A DNA stretch of 64,000 bases from Octopus sinensis (lineage: Eukaryota): NCBI RefSeq assembly GCF_006345805.1, contig NW_021832230.1, positions 215,003 to 279,002 of the forward strand, read 5' to 3'. Below the pieces are notes generated by a model. It worked only from the letters and a program-made list of their open reading frames with translations. It was not told the DNA's origin and did no database searches. Shown in pieces: positions 1 to 11,325 of the stretch; position 1 is the first letter of the stretch; each line of letters starts with the position of its first letter. The position numbers were made by a program, and so were the translations under genes.

Positions 1-1016
1 GACTTTACAATTGAATCTATTTGAGGGCAACCACGTGTTAAAATCTATAAATGATTTACAAAATGCAACCATTGGAATTGCTAGAAATAATATAGTGATA
101 AGAAGCGATAGTAATGAAACTGTTGACATTAAACTGGAAAGTCTGCAATAAAATCCACTTATTCTGTACATTTTAAAAACAGTTTTATTCAAGCTCCACG
201 AGAATATTGCAATTAAAAATGTTAGGACTGAAGAAAGACCGAATATCGTCAAAATTGAGGGAATTCTTACCAATAATCACACATTTCTTACATGTATTTT
301 TTAATGTATAGATTAGCCAATTCTCTCGTATCCTCATATTTTGTCAAGTCAAATTGGTCTATAAATATTCCAGAGATAGGATTTTTAAAATTTTGAATAT
401 TGTTTTTAATGTCTTGTATAAAGTCACTTTGGTTAGTTATTGCAAGCATTCTGACATAATTGGGATCATTTTTCAGACTCGTAAGGTTACTGTCAAAACC
501 AATGAGATTTTTATTTATTTCATTAATCGTTCGTGTCTTAATAGTAGTATTAAATTTACCATATTGTTTTTAAAATTATTCAGACTGCTGACCGCAGATG
601 TGTATGGTTTTTGGTAATTTATAATTTCTTTCTGAAAAAATACAACGAGTACAGTCGCGTAAATGAACAATGCTCTATAATTCAAATAACTACCATTAAC
701 TACGTTGTTCCTAAAAATAGCATCGGAGTCAAACAACGCCGAAATTTATTGTCCTTTTTCCCCACCTTGTTTCCAAAGCAAGAAAATATTGTTGTTAACA
801 GGATAATTATCATCCCAGTCAAAAAAGGGATAACTCCCCATACTCCAACAGTCTATAGCAATTTAACGCTCCAAAATGAAATACGATTATTTCAGGGAGT
901 GAGTAGTTGTTCAGCCCTATTTTTTGTAAACCTTTTCCAATTTGATCCGAAGGTATGATATCTGGAAATTTCAATGTTGTGTCAAGAATTGTTTGTCGAG
1001 AACAGTTTTGAGCCAT
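1..1016 (-). CDS. Unidentified multi-exon gene, probably a membrane protein (runs off window start)
   Basis: Minus-strand coding-like segments from MAQNCSRQ (ATG ~1016), with hydrophobic stretches near 40-270 (ILTIFGLSSVLTFLIAIFSW; SLLSLLITILFLAIPMVAF). No family recognised; frame continuity not resolved. Confidence 0.35.
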
Positions 1017-1219
1017 TATTAAAAAATCCGGCTTTCAAAATTTTAAATATTAACTACCGCAAAAAAGCTGAAACCAAACAATTATATGGTAAATTAATTA
1101 ATCAATAATTTAAAAATTGGTTTCGTCAATCTCAAAAAAAATTTTAAATAAAAATATTAACTTACAAAAATCTATATTAGTAAGACGAGTTTATTTCTAA
1201 AAAATAAATTTTTAAGAAT

Positions 1220-1432
1220 TTGGCGAAATTGCTTGAAAAAGTGACGGAATTGCTTGGAAAAGTAGCGAATTTGCTTGAAACAATAAACCGATAATCTTCT
1301 TATGCACGAAATTGCTTGAAAAAGTGGCAGAATTGCTTGAAACGAAAAGCCGATAATCTACTTTACACGAAATTGCGTGAAAAAGTTGCGAAATTGCTTG
1401 CAAAAGTGGCGAAAAAGTGTGGAAAACCCGAT
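1220..1432. repeat. 21-bp minisatellite (GGCGAAATTGCTTGAAAAAGT-like) interspersed with CCGATAAT blocks
   Basis: About 7 degenerate 21-bp units read directly, with 3 CCGATAAT-containing spacers. Confidence 0.85.
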
Positions 1433-1462
1433 AATAATTGATTATTGAGAAAACAAATTAAG

Positions 1463-1915
1463 TTAGGAATGGGCAGAGGGGAAGCTCCGGGGGGCTAAGG
1501 CACGCACCCTCCTGCGGAAAGTACCGCATGCGTGTTGCCACGGAGAATGGCGATGGATATCCGCTGCAATAGCCACGAAACCTCGCGTGGCTCTTTCATC
1601 CTGTGGGCCAATTTCCTCCCGATGTCGCTGATGAAGGCCGAGGTTAGAGACCCTGCGACGCCCGATGTCTCCAAAGCGATTGGTACGAATATAAAACGGC
1701 ATCCAAGTTCCTGGTATTTTTTAATTTTGGCCGTCTCAGCCTTTTCCGCAGCGGACCCGGGGGAAGTGGCAGATGACATGATTGCCGATGGAAAGAATCG
1801 ATGCACGTAGCATCCCAGACGAGGCACTTGCCGTCCCGAAAAGGAAAGATTGTCATTCCGTCTGGGCGTTTGCCGTCACCACGGTCCAATCCGACAGGCT
1901 CAAGTTGTGAATATA
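1463..1915 (-). mobile_element. CRE-clade non-LTR retrotransposon, 5'-truncated 3' fragment (restriction-like endonuclease)
   Basis: [38 protein letters not shown] ... [10 protein letters not shown] ... WLLQRISIAILRGN, with one frameshift. This is the typical CRE RLE C-terminus. Confidence 0.9.
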
Positions 1916-2994
1916 AACATAAATCCAGTTTTTATCAAAAAAATATTAGTGAATATTTAAGGCATCAAAGATACAACTGTCGAACCGATTGCTTCTCCAT
2001 TATCCATATGATTGTAATTTTCAAATACCCATCTTGAAGTACCTTAAATTACGATACTTTAAAATAATCGAAGGCTCTTTTATCCTGTATAAATGCATCT
2101 GAGCAAGACGCAATTGAAGATGTTTTGTTTTCCATATTCGTCAATTTTAATATTCAAATGAATTAAAAACTCATTAATCATAGATCTGTCACATGAGACT
2201 TTTTCTCCCGCCAAATTTTTGAACTTAAGTTCAGGTCTTAATTACAAATTTTGTAACTATCTATTTAAAGCTTTAAAATTTGAAGTAAAAAAATTATAAA
2301 TTTCAAACTTTCAGTCCTAATAAAATGTTTTTAAAAATTGCAATAATACCGATTTTTTGAATTAAAAGTCCAAAAATTAAAAAATTTGTTTCTTAGGTGT
2401 TGAAATCTGCATTTGAATTAATTTGTCTGTTTTTTATATCAATGGAATAATGTTTCTCTAAATTCAAAAGATTGTTCCGATACTTGTGTGAAACATTCTA
2501 GCGAGTTATCGAATTGAATCCTCCTTTTTTGGAAGAAGTTTAGCAATTTCAATTTTTCATTGTAGTTTAAGCCCATAGAAGGTAAAAACTGTGAAATTCA
2601 CTTTTAAATTAAAATAATCAAAAGCGTTCCAAAGCGAGATCCTTTTTCTAAAGATTTTATAAATTTTCTAACAAAAGTCTCTGAGTGTTCCGAATCCCGA
2701 GAATGTATCAAAAACAGAGGTTTTCCACCCCGAGGTCCGTTTCAAATCGCAACATGCACATTTGATTCGAAATTGTGCTTTAAAATAAAATTAAATTACA
2801 CTGAGTGGCTAACTTAGTGGGCTGCATAAACAGACTTGTTCTTAAACACAGTAGTCGAAGGCAACTATTTGCTAAAATAGGACTATCTTATAAATGGGGA
2901 AGCTAGCTCCAGGCGACCAAGTATTATGCTAAACATTGAATTATGATTTTTCGTTGACCAATATTCATTTCTTTAATCTAAAAAAGTGTGAAAT

Positions 2995-4510
2995 GAGGTT
3001 ATGGTGACTCTGTCGTACGGAAAGTCGATTCTTTTTTCAACCTGTGGTACCTCGATGATGCAACCATCGGGGGCCCCTCTGATACCGTGATTCAGGATAT
3101 TTTCAACATAATTCCCACCCTCCGTGAAATTGGACTGGAAGTAAACGTCAGCAAGTGCGAGCTTATAAATATCTCTTGCTCGCACGAAGAATTCGGTTCC
3201 GCACTAAACAAGCTGCAACTTCGCCTGCCGGGCTGAAAACCACACCCATTGATGATGTTCTATTCCTCGGCGCGCCCATGGGCCAATCCAACTTAAGAAG
3301 TCGCTATCTGAGAAAGCCAAATGGGTCACTGATTTCACAAATAAGCTCATGTTGCTTGATTCTCACTACGGATTTTTCGTGCTCAGAGCAACCCATGTTG
3401 CCAAGGCTTCTATATTTGCTGCGAACTTCAAAATGCTCAATACAATCCGACATGCTTCAATCGCTCGATACTTCTCTGAAGTTGGCCGCTGAAAAAATCC
3501 TAAACATATCCTTTGATGACGCTGGTTGAACTTGCTGCAAATTACCTCTACGCCTTGGCGGAGTTGGACTCCGTTCACCTCTGGACATGGCTCTTCCTGC
3601 ATTCCTCTCCTCACGTGCGAGCTCCCAAGCCCTCATCACCCAAATCCTACGTAACTCTCGCGGATTGAAGAGGACCGGGTTTTCTCTGGAGCTTGCGAAT
3701 TCTGGAAGGGATCTGGATTGGCCATTCCATCTAACATTTCATGCTAATGGGAATGGGATGATATCTCCAGCAAAGCTAAAATGGAAGCAATCAGACCTAC
3801 ATTGGATCAGCATCGCCTCGCTTGTTTCGGTGCCGCTGCCAGACCTGAAAGTGGGGCGTGGCATATGCCCTCCCTTGCTCCCAATCTGGAACCCTTCTCG
3901 ATAATGACTGTGTGAGGATTGGCGTAGCAATGCGCTTGGGACTTAATGTCTGTTCGGGGGGCCAATGCCGATGTGGGAGTAAAGTCGATACCAAAGGACT
4001 ACATCCCCTGTCATGCAGAAGGAGTGCTGGCCGTGCTCCCAGACACTCCGCTATCAACGAGACTATTTCGGCTGCGTTACAAGCAGCTGGATTCCCGACA
4101 GAACTGGAACCCGTTGGGCTTGACCGTGGAGACGGTAAACGCCCAGATGGAGTCACCATTTTCCCGTGGAGTAATGGGAAATGCCTCGCGTGGGACTCCA
4201 CGTGCACAGACACCTTCTCAAAGACCAATATAGTTGACTCCGCGATCAGTCCAGGCTCAGCCGCTGAGAAGGCTGAGGTACATAAAGCTCAGAATATTCC
4301 AACCTGCTGGACAACTTTATCTTCTCCCCAATATCTGTAGAAACCTCCGGGGCCATGAGCCAAAAATCGTTTGAACTCGTCGTTAAAAATCGGGAATCTG
4401 ATCTCGAGAAGCCGGAGAGAGCCTCGGGAGAAGCAATGGTTGTTCCAAGAATATCCATTGCGATCCTGAGGGGCAACGTCTTCTCGATCATCAGCAGCTT
4501 AAGATTATGA
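2995..4510 (+). mobile_element. CRE-clade non-LTR retrotransposon, 5'-truncated and frameshifted (RT core, zinc knuckle, RLE)
   Basis: FNLWYLDDATIGGP (YLDD at 3048-3059), LEVNVSKCE, FLGAPMG, CRCGSKVDTKGLHPLSC (CCHC), KRPDGVTIFPWSNGKCLAWDSTC, RISIAILRGN. GC-rich island in AT-rich DNA. Confidence 0.92.
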
Positions 4511-4647
4511 TAATCATTTTCGCACGTTTTTTTAGGTTGTGGTTTCTGATTAATGAATCGATTAAAATTAGTTTTATCTATTTTATAATTTGTTAGTTAG
4601 CCTCATCGTTAACAGGCAAAAAATAATCATCAGAACCAAACATATTT

Positions 4648-5541
4648 TGTCGCGCCCCACGCTGGCGACCAAAGCGACCTTCGTTGATGACATGGTTGAC
4701 AGGATGACCTAAACAGTTTGACACTAATTACTTAGTAAAGATAGTTGTTAAAAATTTAAAAACTTAACATTTTTAATAATATTTATAGTAACTATCTTGG
4801 TTTCATTTTTTAATTCGATCTAAATTTTAGGAAATACAACTAACCATTAATCTGCTATTAGACATTATATTTTTTACTTTTCTCTTTTCTTCGTATGGGG
4901 ATTCAAATCTATGTAGCTTCAATGACGGATTCGTTTCACAATCTTTTAAAAATCGAACCTAAACTGTTATTATTCAATTATACCTCGTTCCCTGTGTTAA
5001 AATCATATTTTTATCTGTGTACTCCTATCTTTTTATTCATTCTCTTAAAATAAGATGAATTCGCATCTGGAAGAGCAAAATCAAAAATTTTATTATTTGT
5101 TTCTAAAAATAAATACATCGTAAATTACTATCAAGTTCACCTTCGATAAAGGTGAATGGTAATTAGAATGGGGTACCTAAGTATATTTAAAAATACTTTT
5201 AATGGCAGAGCAAATTTACAAATTTCGCAGTCTTTTATAATTTATTATCATAAATTGATTCGCTTTCTTTATAAGTTTATATTTTTCGGATTTAGATGTA
5301 GTTTGTACTGGTTTTTGAAAGAGTAAATTTACAAGATTTTGGTATTCACTGTCATTTTTTACGTAACCTAAGGATTGAGACTATAGTGATAAAAAAATTT
5401 TTGGAAGATACTATTTTTCAATTAAAATGACGCTAAAGCCTTTTTTATAATAAATAATTTTAGTTGTTAATTGAATGTCAAACTATGTAGGTCACGCTGT
5501 AAACAATGAAAGTCGCTTGGTCGCCAGCGTGGGGCGCGACA
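4648..5541 (-). mobile_element. Ginger-like DNA transposon family A, non-autonomous deletion derivative (894 bp)
   Basis: ~31-bp TIR TGTCGCGCCCCACGCTGGCGACCAAAGCGAC; 5-bp TSD TATTT (4643-4647 and 5542-5546). Internal minus-strand remnant SEYQNLVNLL...KKANQF / KDCEICKFALPLK followed by a 20-nt GT-AG intron (5177-5196). Confidence 0.85.
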
Positions 5542-5760
5542 TATTTTATTAAAGTTTAAAATCCATCATATTATTCACTGAAGGATTTTACAATTTAAAA
5601 AGTGAAATTTCGGTCACAGTCAGTTATTCGCAGACTTTTTGAAAAACTAGAAAGGCACAGATAATTTTTAGAATTTTGTCAATCAGTTGAAATTTAAAAG
5701 TTGGCATTATCAAAAGGTGCATTATAAAAATTAACTGAGGTATATATGATTTAATAATAT

Positions 5761-6290
5761 TTATTTTAAAATTAAATTTACTATTAAACAACATATATTA
5801 ATAAATAACAATTTTGTAAAGTTTTCATTCTTTTTCGACAATCTGATTACTTTTGAACATTTAATTTTTAAAATCAGTAGTTTAATGTATTTTTCATAAA
5901 GATTGTTATTGAAACCTTGTTGGATAATTACAAATAAATACTTGCAAAAAGATATGTTTTTTGGCATTCAAAGTTTGGTAATTCTAAAATAGGAGATTTA
6001 GATAGGATATAAATTAGTGCTCGTGAATCTCTGGAGCAATTGGCTAAAAGAGAAACTATAGATTGGTTAAATTCTTTATTCAAGCATCTATTTTGGAGGC
6101 AATTCCCAATCTTCATTGTATATAAATTATAAAAAATACGAACATAAAATATAGAAGAAAAGTTATTTTTGCAAGTTATCTGTACTGCGTCTTCGTGCGT
6201 GACTATTAACTCAGATCTTTAAAAATATATATTCATTTACCTGTTGATCATTTTATCCCAGTCAATATTATGAATTTTTCTACATAAAAT
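5761..6290 (-). CDS. Unidentified protein-coding exons (copy 1)
   Basis: KIHNIDWDKMIN / 24-nt intron / SELIVTHEDAVQITCKNN...MKIGNCLQNRC. The frame is open to the stop in copy 2 (45558-45914) but split here. 5' end not resolved. Confidence 0.4.
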
Positions 6291-6791
6291 TAATTTGTAT
6301 ATTGAAATGAGAAGTAGAAACATTGAACTCAAGATAGACTTATCGTATTCTTAATTAATATATACGATTGTACAATACTTAAGTGTTTATTTCTAAAAAG
6401 TTATCCTTTAATGTTTAGTACATTGATTGTTTTCACTCATTTCATTAAAGCAGTTTAAAATACATTACTGTCAATCATTCAGTTGCATAAAATCATTTAG
6501 ACACTTAGATTCATCTTATTAGATTTAGCAGGTGATTAAAATCGAATTTTAAATAGACTCAAGTGGGTTGATTGTGTTTTTATCGATAAACTTATTGGAA
6601 TTATGGATTTACAGTTTATTCAAAATCTTAATAAAGTTCAAAATTTTTATGAAAAAATAATTCAACTTATTCTCCCGATTTGCAAAAATAAACTTAGCTT
6701 TCAAAAATATAAGAAATTAGTACATAGTTTAAAATCTAATTAAAATCAACAAATTCTTATTTTATTAAACATTTTCAAAAATTATTAAATG

Positions 6792-8476
6792 TTATTCAAG
6801 TGGAGGTGGTTCAGAATTGTTGTTATAATCGTTTTTTTCTACTTTTTTGGTGTTTGGAGTTGAATGCGACGTTATGCTAACAATGTCATTCAATGAAACA
6901 GATTGAGATTTGTATGTCGTGATATTTTTTGGCTCAATTTTTCTATTTTCATAGTTAATACTTTAATTTAAATATTTATTTTTAAAACTAAATTCTTACT
7001 TTGTGATATTATTCAACTTGTTATTGTTTTCTCTTGAACTTTTAGTTATGATATTTTCGCACTTAGGAAATATTTAGAATTTAAAATTACTTTGGGCATA
7101 GTTATACTAAGATACCCGGATGTTTTCGAACGCTGACATGTTGATCGAGTTGGAGAAATTTCCATTCCCAAAGAAAGCTGAAATACCTATTCAAAAATAT
7201 AAGAATACAATATCATCAAAAACCTTTCCTTTAATTAAAACACGAACATATTTTGGCTGGATGTCCACATTAATTAATGAACTATCCAGATACCTTTTTG
7301 TTCGATTAGTCATTAAAAATATTACTTGTATAATTTCATATCAAGGATTAAACAATTGTCATCATCTGTCAGTTTAAAGTCAATTCTTAAAATAATATTG
7401 ATACAATTTGTTTACTTGGATTCGTTTATGTTCATAGGTCGACCGTCAGGCATAAAATATGAGCGGGGTCGTTTTTCCTTTATTTTATGTTCTAAATCTT
7501 AATCACAGATATTCAATGTACATTACCATTTGCTTTTTCTTTATCTTTTTGAATTTGTTGATGAATCCGAATTCGAGATTCCGGTGTATATTCTTCTTTT
7601 TCTTCATTACTTATAAAATATTTTTTTATTATAAATTACTCTGAATTTAGAATTGGCCTCACTTCTTTGCAATCAGATTTACTATTTGAATTAGACTCCA
7701 GATTTTTTTACCTTTTCTCTTTCTCTTTTTGCAAATTCTAAAAATGTAATTAAATTATACTCTTTTTTGAAAATATATATTTTGTTGTTTGTTTATAAGT
7801 TTTGAAATTTCTTCATAGTCCTATTATTCAATTTTATAAAACACCTGAATTGCTTTAATGCGTTCAGATTTTTCGATTTGAACACCATCAAGTGTCTGTC
7901 TAATCAGATATTATTGAATATACTTTTAATCTCCGTAAAGTTGATATCACATAACTTTTATAACCTTCATAATCTGTGCATGGGTTCCCCATTAAATATC
8001 TTAAATCATGTTCATAAAATATTACAATTCTTCAAAATGTTCGAGATCTTGTAAGATTTTTATACTTGTGAGTTCTCCGACAAAATTAATAGTAAGATCA
8101 AGTTTAACAAGAGATTCACAACCTATATATTTTGTTATAAATACCTTCTAGATTTTCAATTTTTTCAATGTTATTTAAAGCTAAATTTAAATATTCGAGA
8201 TTTTTTAATCTTGCAACATTTTCTAAAAGTAGTGTTTATGTTTAAACCAATTTTTGATATCAAGTTATTCTGTAAATATAATATTTTTAGTTTTTTACAC
8301 CACCTATCGATATTTTCAATTCTATATAAATTAATAGTATTTTTACTTTTCTATATCAAATTGATGAAGCGAAATTTCTTCCAAAGTATATATTTCTTTT
8401 TCATTGTGTTCCGCGCGTTTTCGGATCAATTCCTCGGTAACTTAAAACGTTGCCAATAAAAAACAAAACTTCGCAT
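6792..8476 (-). CDS. DNAAF11: Dynein axonemal assembly factor 11 (LRRC6/tilB), copy 1
   Basis: Spliced translation [58 protein letters not shown]...YLMGNPC...[23 protein letters not shown]...EPPPLE*. Introns of 22-29 nt. Confidence 0.93.
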
Positions 8477-8611
8477 TTATTGTCGCCAAGTAATAATAAT
8501 AAATTTTTTTTTAATTTTTATATAAACTATTCGTTTGTATTTTTTGGAAAGATTATTAATTTTTTGGTGAAGAATTAGTTAGATAGTTAAGTAACAAAAG
8601 GTAGTTGAGAA

Positions 8612-9420
8612 AGCCTGCTGCCTATATCGAAAACGAGTTTTCTCGGAGTATGGCTATTACAATCTTTTTTTAGCCATAATTTTTCTCGTTGATCCCTCTC
8701 CTTTCTGGCAACATTCATCCGAGTTTGTGTAAAAACTCAGCAGTCATTAGACAATGTCTCGACCGCAAAAGGGGGTAAATCGGCGGCAGTCCCCAAGCAA
8801 AGAATATTTCTTGATTTTTAAGTTTTCCACGATCGAAACAGCTGCTCCAAGTGCCTGAACCGATTTAAGGAGGCTCGTGCTTGAATAAGTATCAACACAG
8901 GTTTCATCCCAGACCAAGGATCTTCCAGATGTGAAAGGGAAAACGGTTCATCTTGTCAGCTCTCTTTCCACCTCCTAGATCGAGACCCATTCGTTCATGC
9001 TGTGCTGGGAAGGCTGTAGATTTCAGAGCTCTGAAGATCACACGTTCAGAGCAGCGTGGCGTGGTCGTCTTCCAGCGCTTCTCCTTCCCATCAACTGTCT
9101 TCCCGTATTGGCATCCGTTCTTCTGACAAACGTCTAGTCCTAACCTTTGTCCGATTCCAATTTTCAATGAATCGTCGTTTAAAAAACTCAAGAAATTTTG
9201 ACAAGGTATTGCACCAAGCCATGGTACATTCCCTCCACTTGTAGCTGACACCAAACAAGCAAGAAGCTGTTGATATTTTTCTTTTTAAGGTCTTCCAAAA
9301 TTTTGAAGGAGACGAATATTTTCCCAATTATTTTGTTTTGTTGAATTTTTGGAAATTTTAAGTTCGGACCCGTTCCATTGCTTTTAACCAAGTTCGTAGA
9401 AGCGGACGTTGATTAGTGAC
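8612..9420 (-). mobile_element. Degenerate CRE-clade retrotransposon 3' fragment
   Basis: WLGAIPC...LNDDSLKIGIGQRLGLDVC...FPAQHERMGLDLGGGKR...IVIAILRENS. Confidence 0.8.
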
Positions 9421-9621
9421 TCAATAGTCTGTTTGCGAGATTTTTCTATCAAAAGTAGACTGTATTATTGTTCGTAGCAATGTGAACAACGAAGTAGTTA
9501 GACAAAAATGCTTTCAACAAAAAATTAAATTTAAGATTTATTAAAAAATAAATAACAATAAAAATTCAAAATATTTATATGCATGCGAAATTAAATTATA
9601 ATTTAGAGAATAAATAATTAA

Positions 9622-11325
9622 TCATGAATTGTCAAATGACAAAAAATAGCTCCTCCTGCTTAAAATACGATTATTCGGAAATGTAGCAAGCCATTCAAAT
9701 GCTATCTAAATTTCAAAAAAAATATAATTACAGAATTAAGTTTATTAAAATCATAGTGTCGGTTACCCAATTCTTGGAGAGCGAGTCGAATCTCAATTGA
9801 CGAATTAAGTGAAAGAAGGCTTTCTTCATTATACTTTAAAAAGGCAATTGCAAATCGGAATATAATCTGCGAATTAAATTTTTTAAGAACATGCCTTCTC
9901 TCCTTCAAAAAGAAGGCAGTCCCAGATATGTGACAGAATATCAGTAGAAAAAAATCCAGTGAATAATGTAAGAAACCATCCTGTTGAAAATTCGTCGATT
10001 GAGACATCAAATTTTTTAAAATGTTTTTCTAAATTAGAACATCTACTGGCAAAAATCTCTCCCAAGATTTTCTGCATTTAACATTCATAGATCATTGTCA
10101 CTACCTGATTTGCCACAATATTCTCAAGTTTGTTTCCAAAATAGTTTTGAGGGAGGATTTTATCCACAAGTAATACCAGAGTAAAGAACACATCTTCCTC
10201 ACATAAAAATTTTAATAAGAAAGCAACAATGAAATTTACTCCCTGGTTTAAATTATACTTAGTTTACCTGACAGTAACCATCTGACTTTTTATACAGCGA
10301 AAATACATAGAGAACTTTTCTAAGCGATGAATGATTAAGAGGAGTCCCGACAGTGCTTTCATTAAGTTTAGTTCGATAGATATCTTTTTCAATCTTGATA
10401 AATAATTAAAATTTGGCATTACATCCTTAAAAGCCACTGAATTATATTTTCCACTTTCAATTTCTTTGCAAAACCCCACATAACACATGTGAGAAATCCC
10501 TCGGTCCCAGATATCTAATCTAAGATGTACTAATCTATCTTTTTAAACAACCAATTAACCTTTTCCAGAGTAAGCCTCGATATTCCGAAGGAACGCCACG
10601 TCTTATGGAAAATTTGATTTCAAAGTCGCTAAAAATTACAACATCGGTCAATTCTCGAGTAGATTAACCAAATACTATGCAGTTCGTAGCTATTTTTCTA
10701 AGAAAACATTCTTGTTTATACAAACTTTGTCGATTCTTCTCTGACTTTTGAATAAATTTGATATTCTGGAAGATCTCTGGTTATTTTCTTTGGTATTAGT
10801 GGGACTTGATTCGTTATCAAATGTGGTTTCTTCAATTGATAAATCAGTGCGAATCGGCCATTTCAAATTAATCTTAATGCAATTCAGGAGTTCTTCAGAA
10901 AGAAAATCCTTTAAAAAATTTATGTCAGTTATGTTTTTATTCAATGTGGTCTTTGTGGTTTCAGTTCCGAATAACTAAAATGTTATGGCCTAAGCGATTA
11001 GCAACCTTCATTCTAAAATTGCATAGTTTAACGAGAACTCTGCGCATTCTTGGACTATCAATGCATCCAAGGGTCCATTGAGTTTTGTTATTTCTAATTT
11101 GATAATAAAACAAAAAATTTACATTATAATGAAACTTAATTCTTCTGAAGGAATGAGAATGAAATATATATTTAATGGAAAATCATAAACAACACAATTA
11201 TCAGCCCGTGTATAACTTAAACGGTGATTTGTATTATCTATGTAAAAATTGAAGTAATCGTTAGTTTGAGAAGGATAAATCAATTTCATATAATCAAGCA
11301 AATCATCAGGTGAGCTCATTATCAT
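9622..11325 (-). CDS. TBC-domain Rab GAP, TBC1D2/TBC1D2B-like, copy 1
   Basis: NQGVNFIVAF...LVDKILPQNYF...GWFLTLF...DILSHIWDCLLFEG...IIFRFAIAFLKYNEE...FPNNRILSRRSY. Matches the TBC1D2-type C-terminal signature; 5' end approximate. Confidence 0.8.

Noticed and set aside
1930-2760. Short coding-like segments (MENKTSSIASC...; NGPRGGKPLFLIH)
   Set aside because: No recognisable family and splice frames do not resolve.
1532-4491. Antisense or alternative-frame ORFs over the CRE elements
   Set aside because: By-products of GC-rich retrotransposon coding sequence.
4648-4670. tRNA gene in the family A TIR
   Set aside because: Only an ~18-nt resemblance to a tRNA 3' end; no cloverleaf or A/B boxes.
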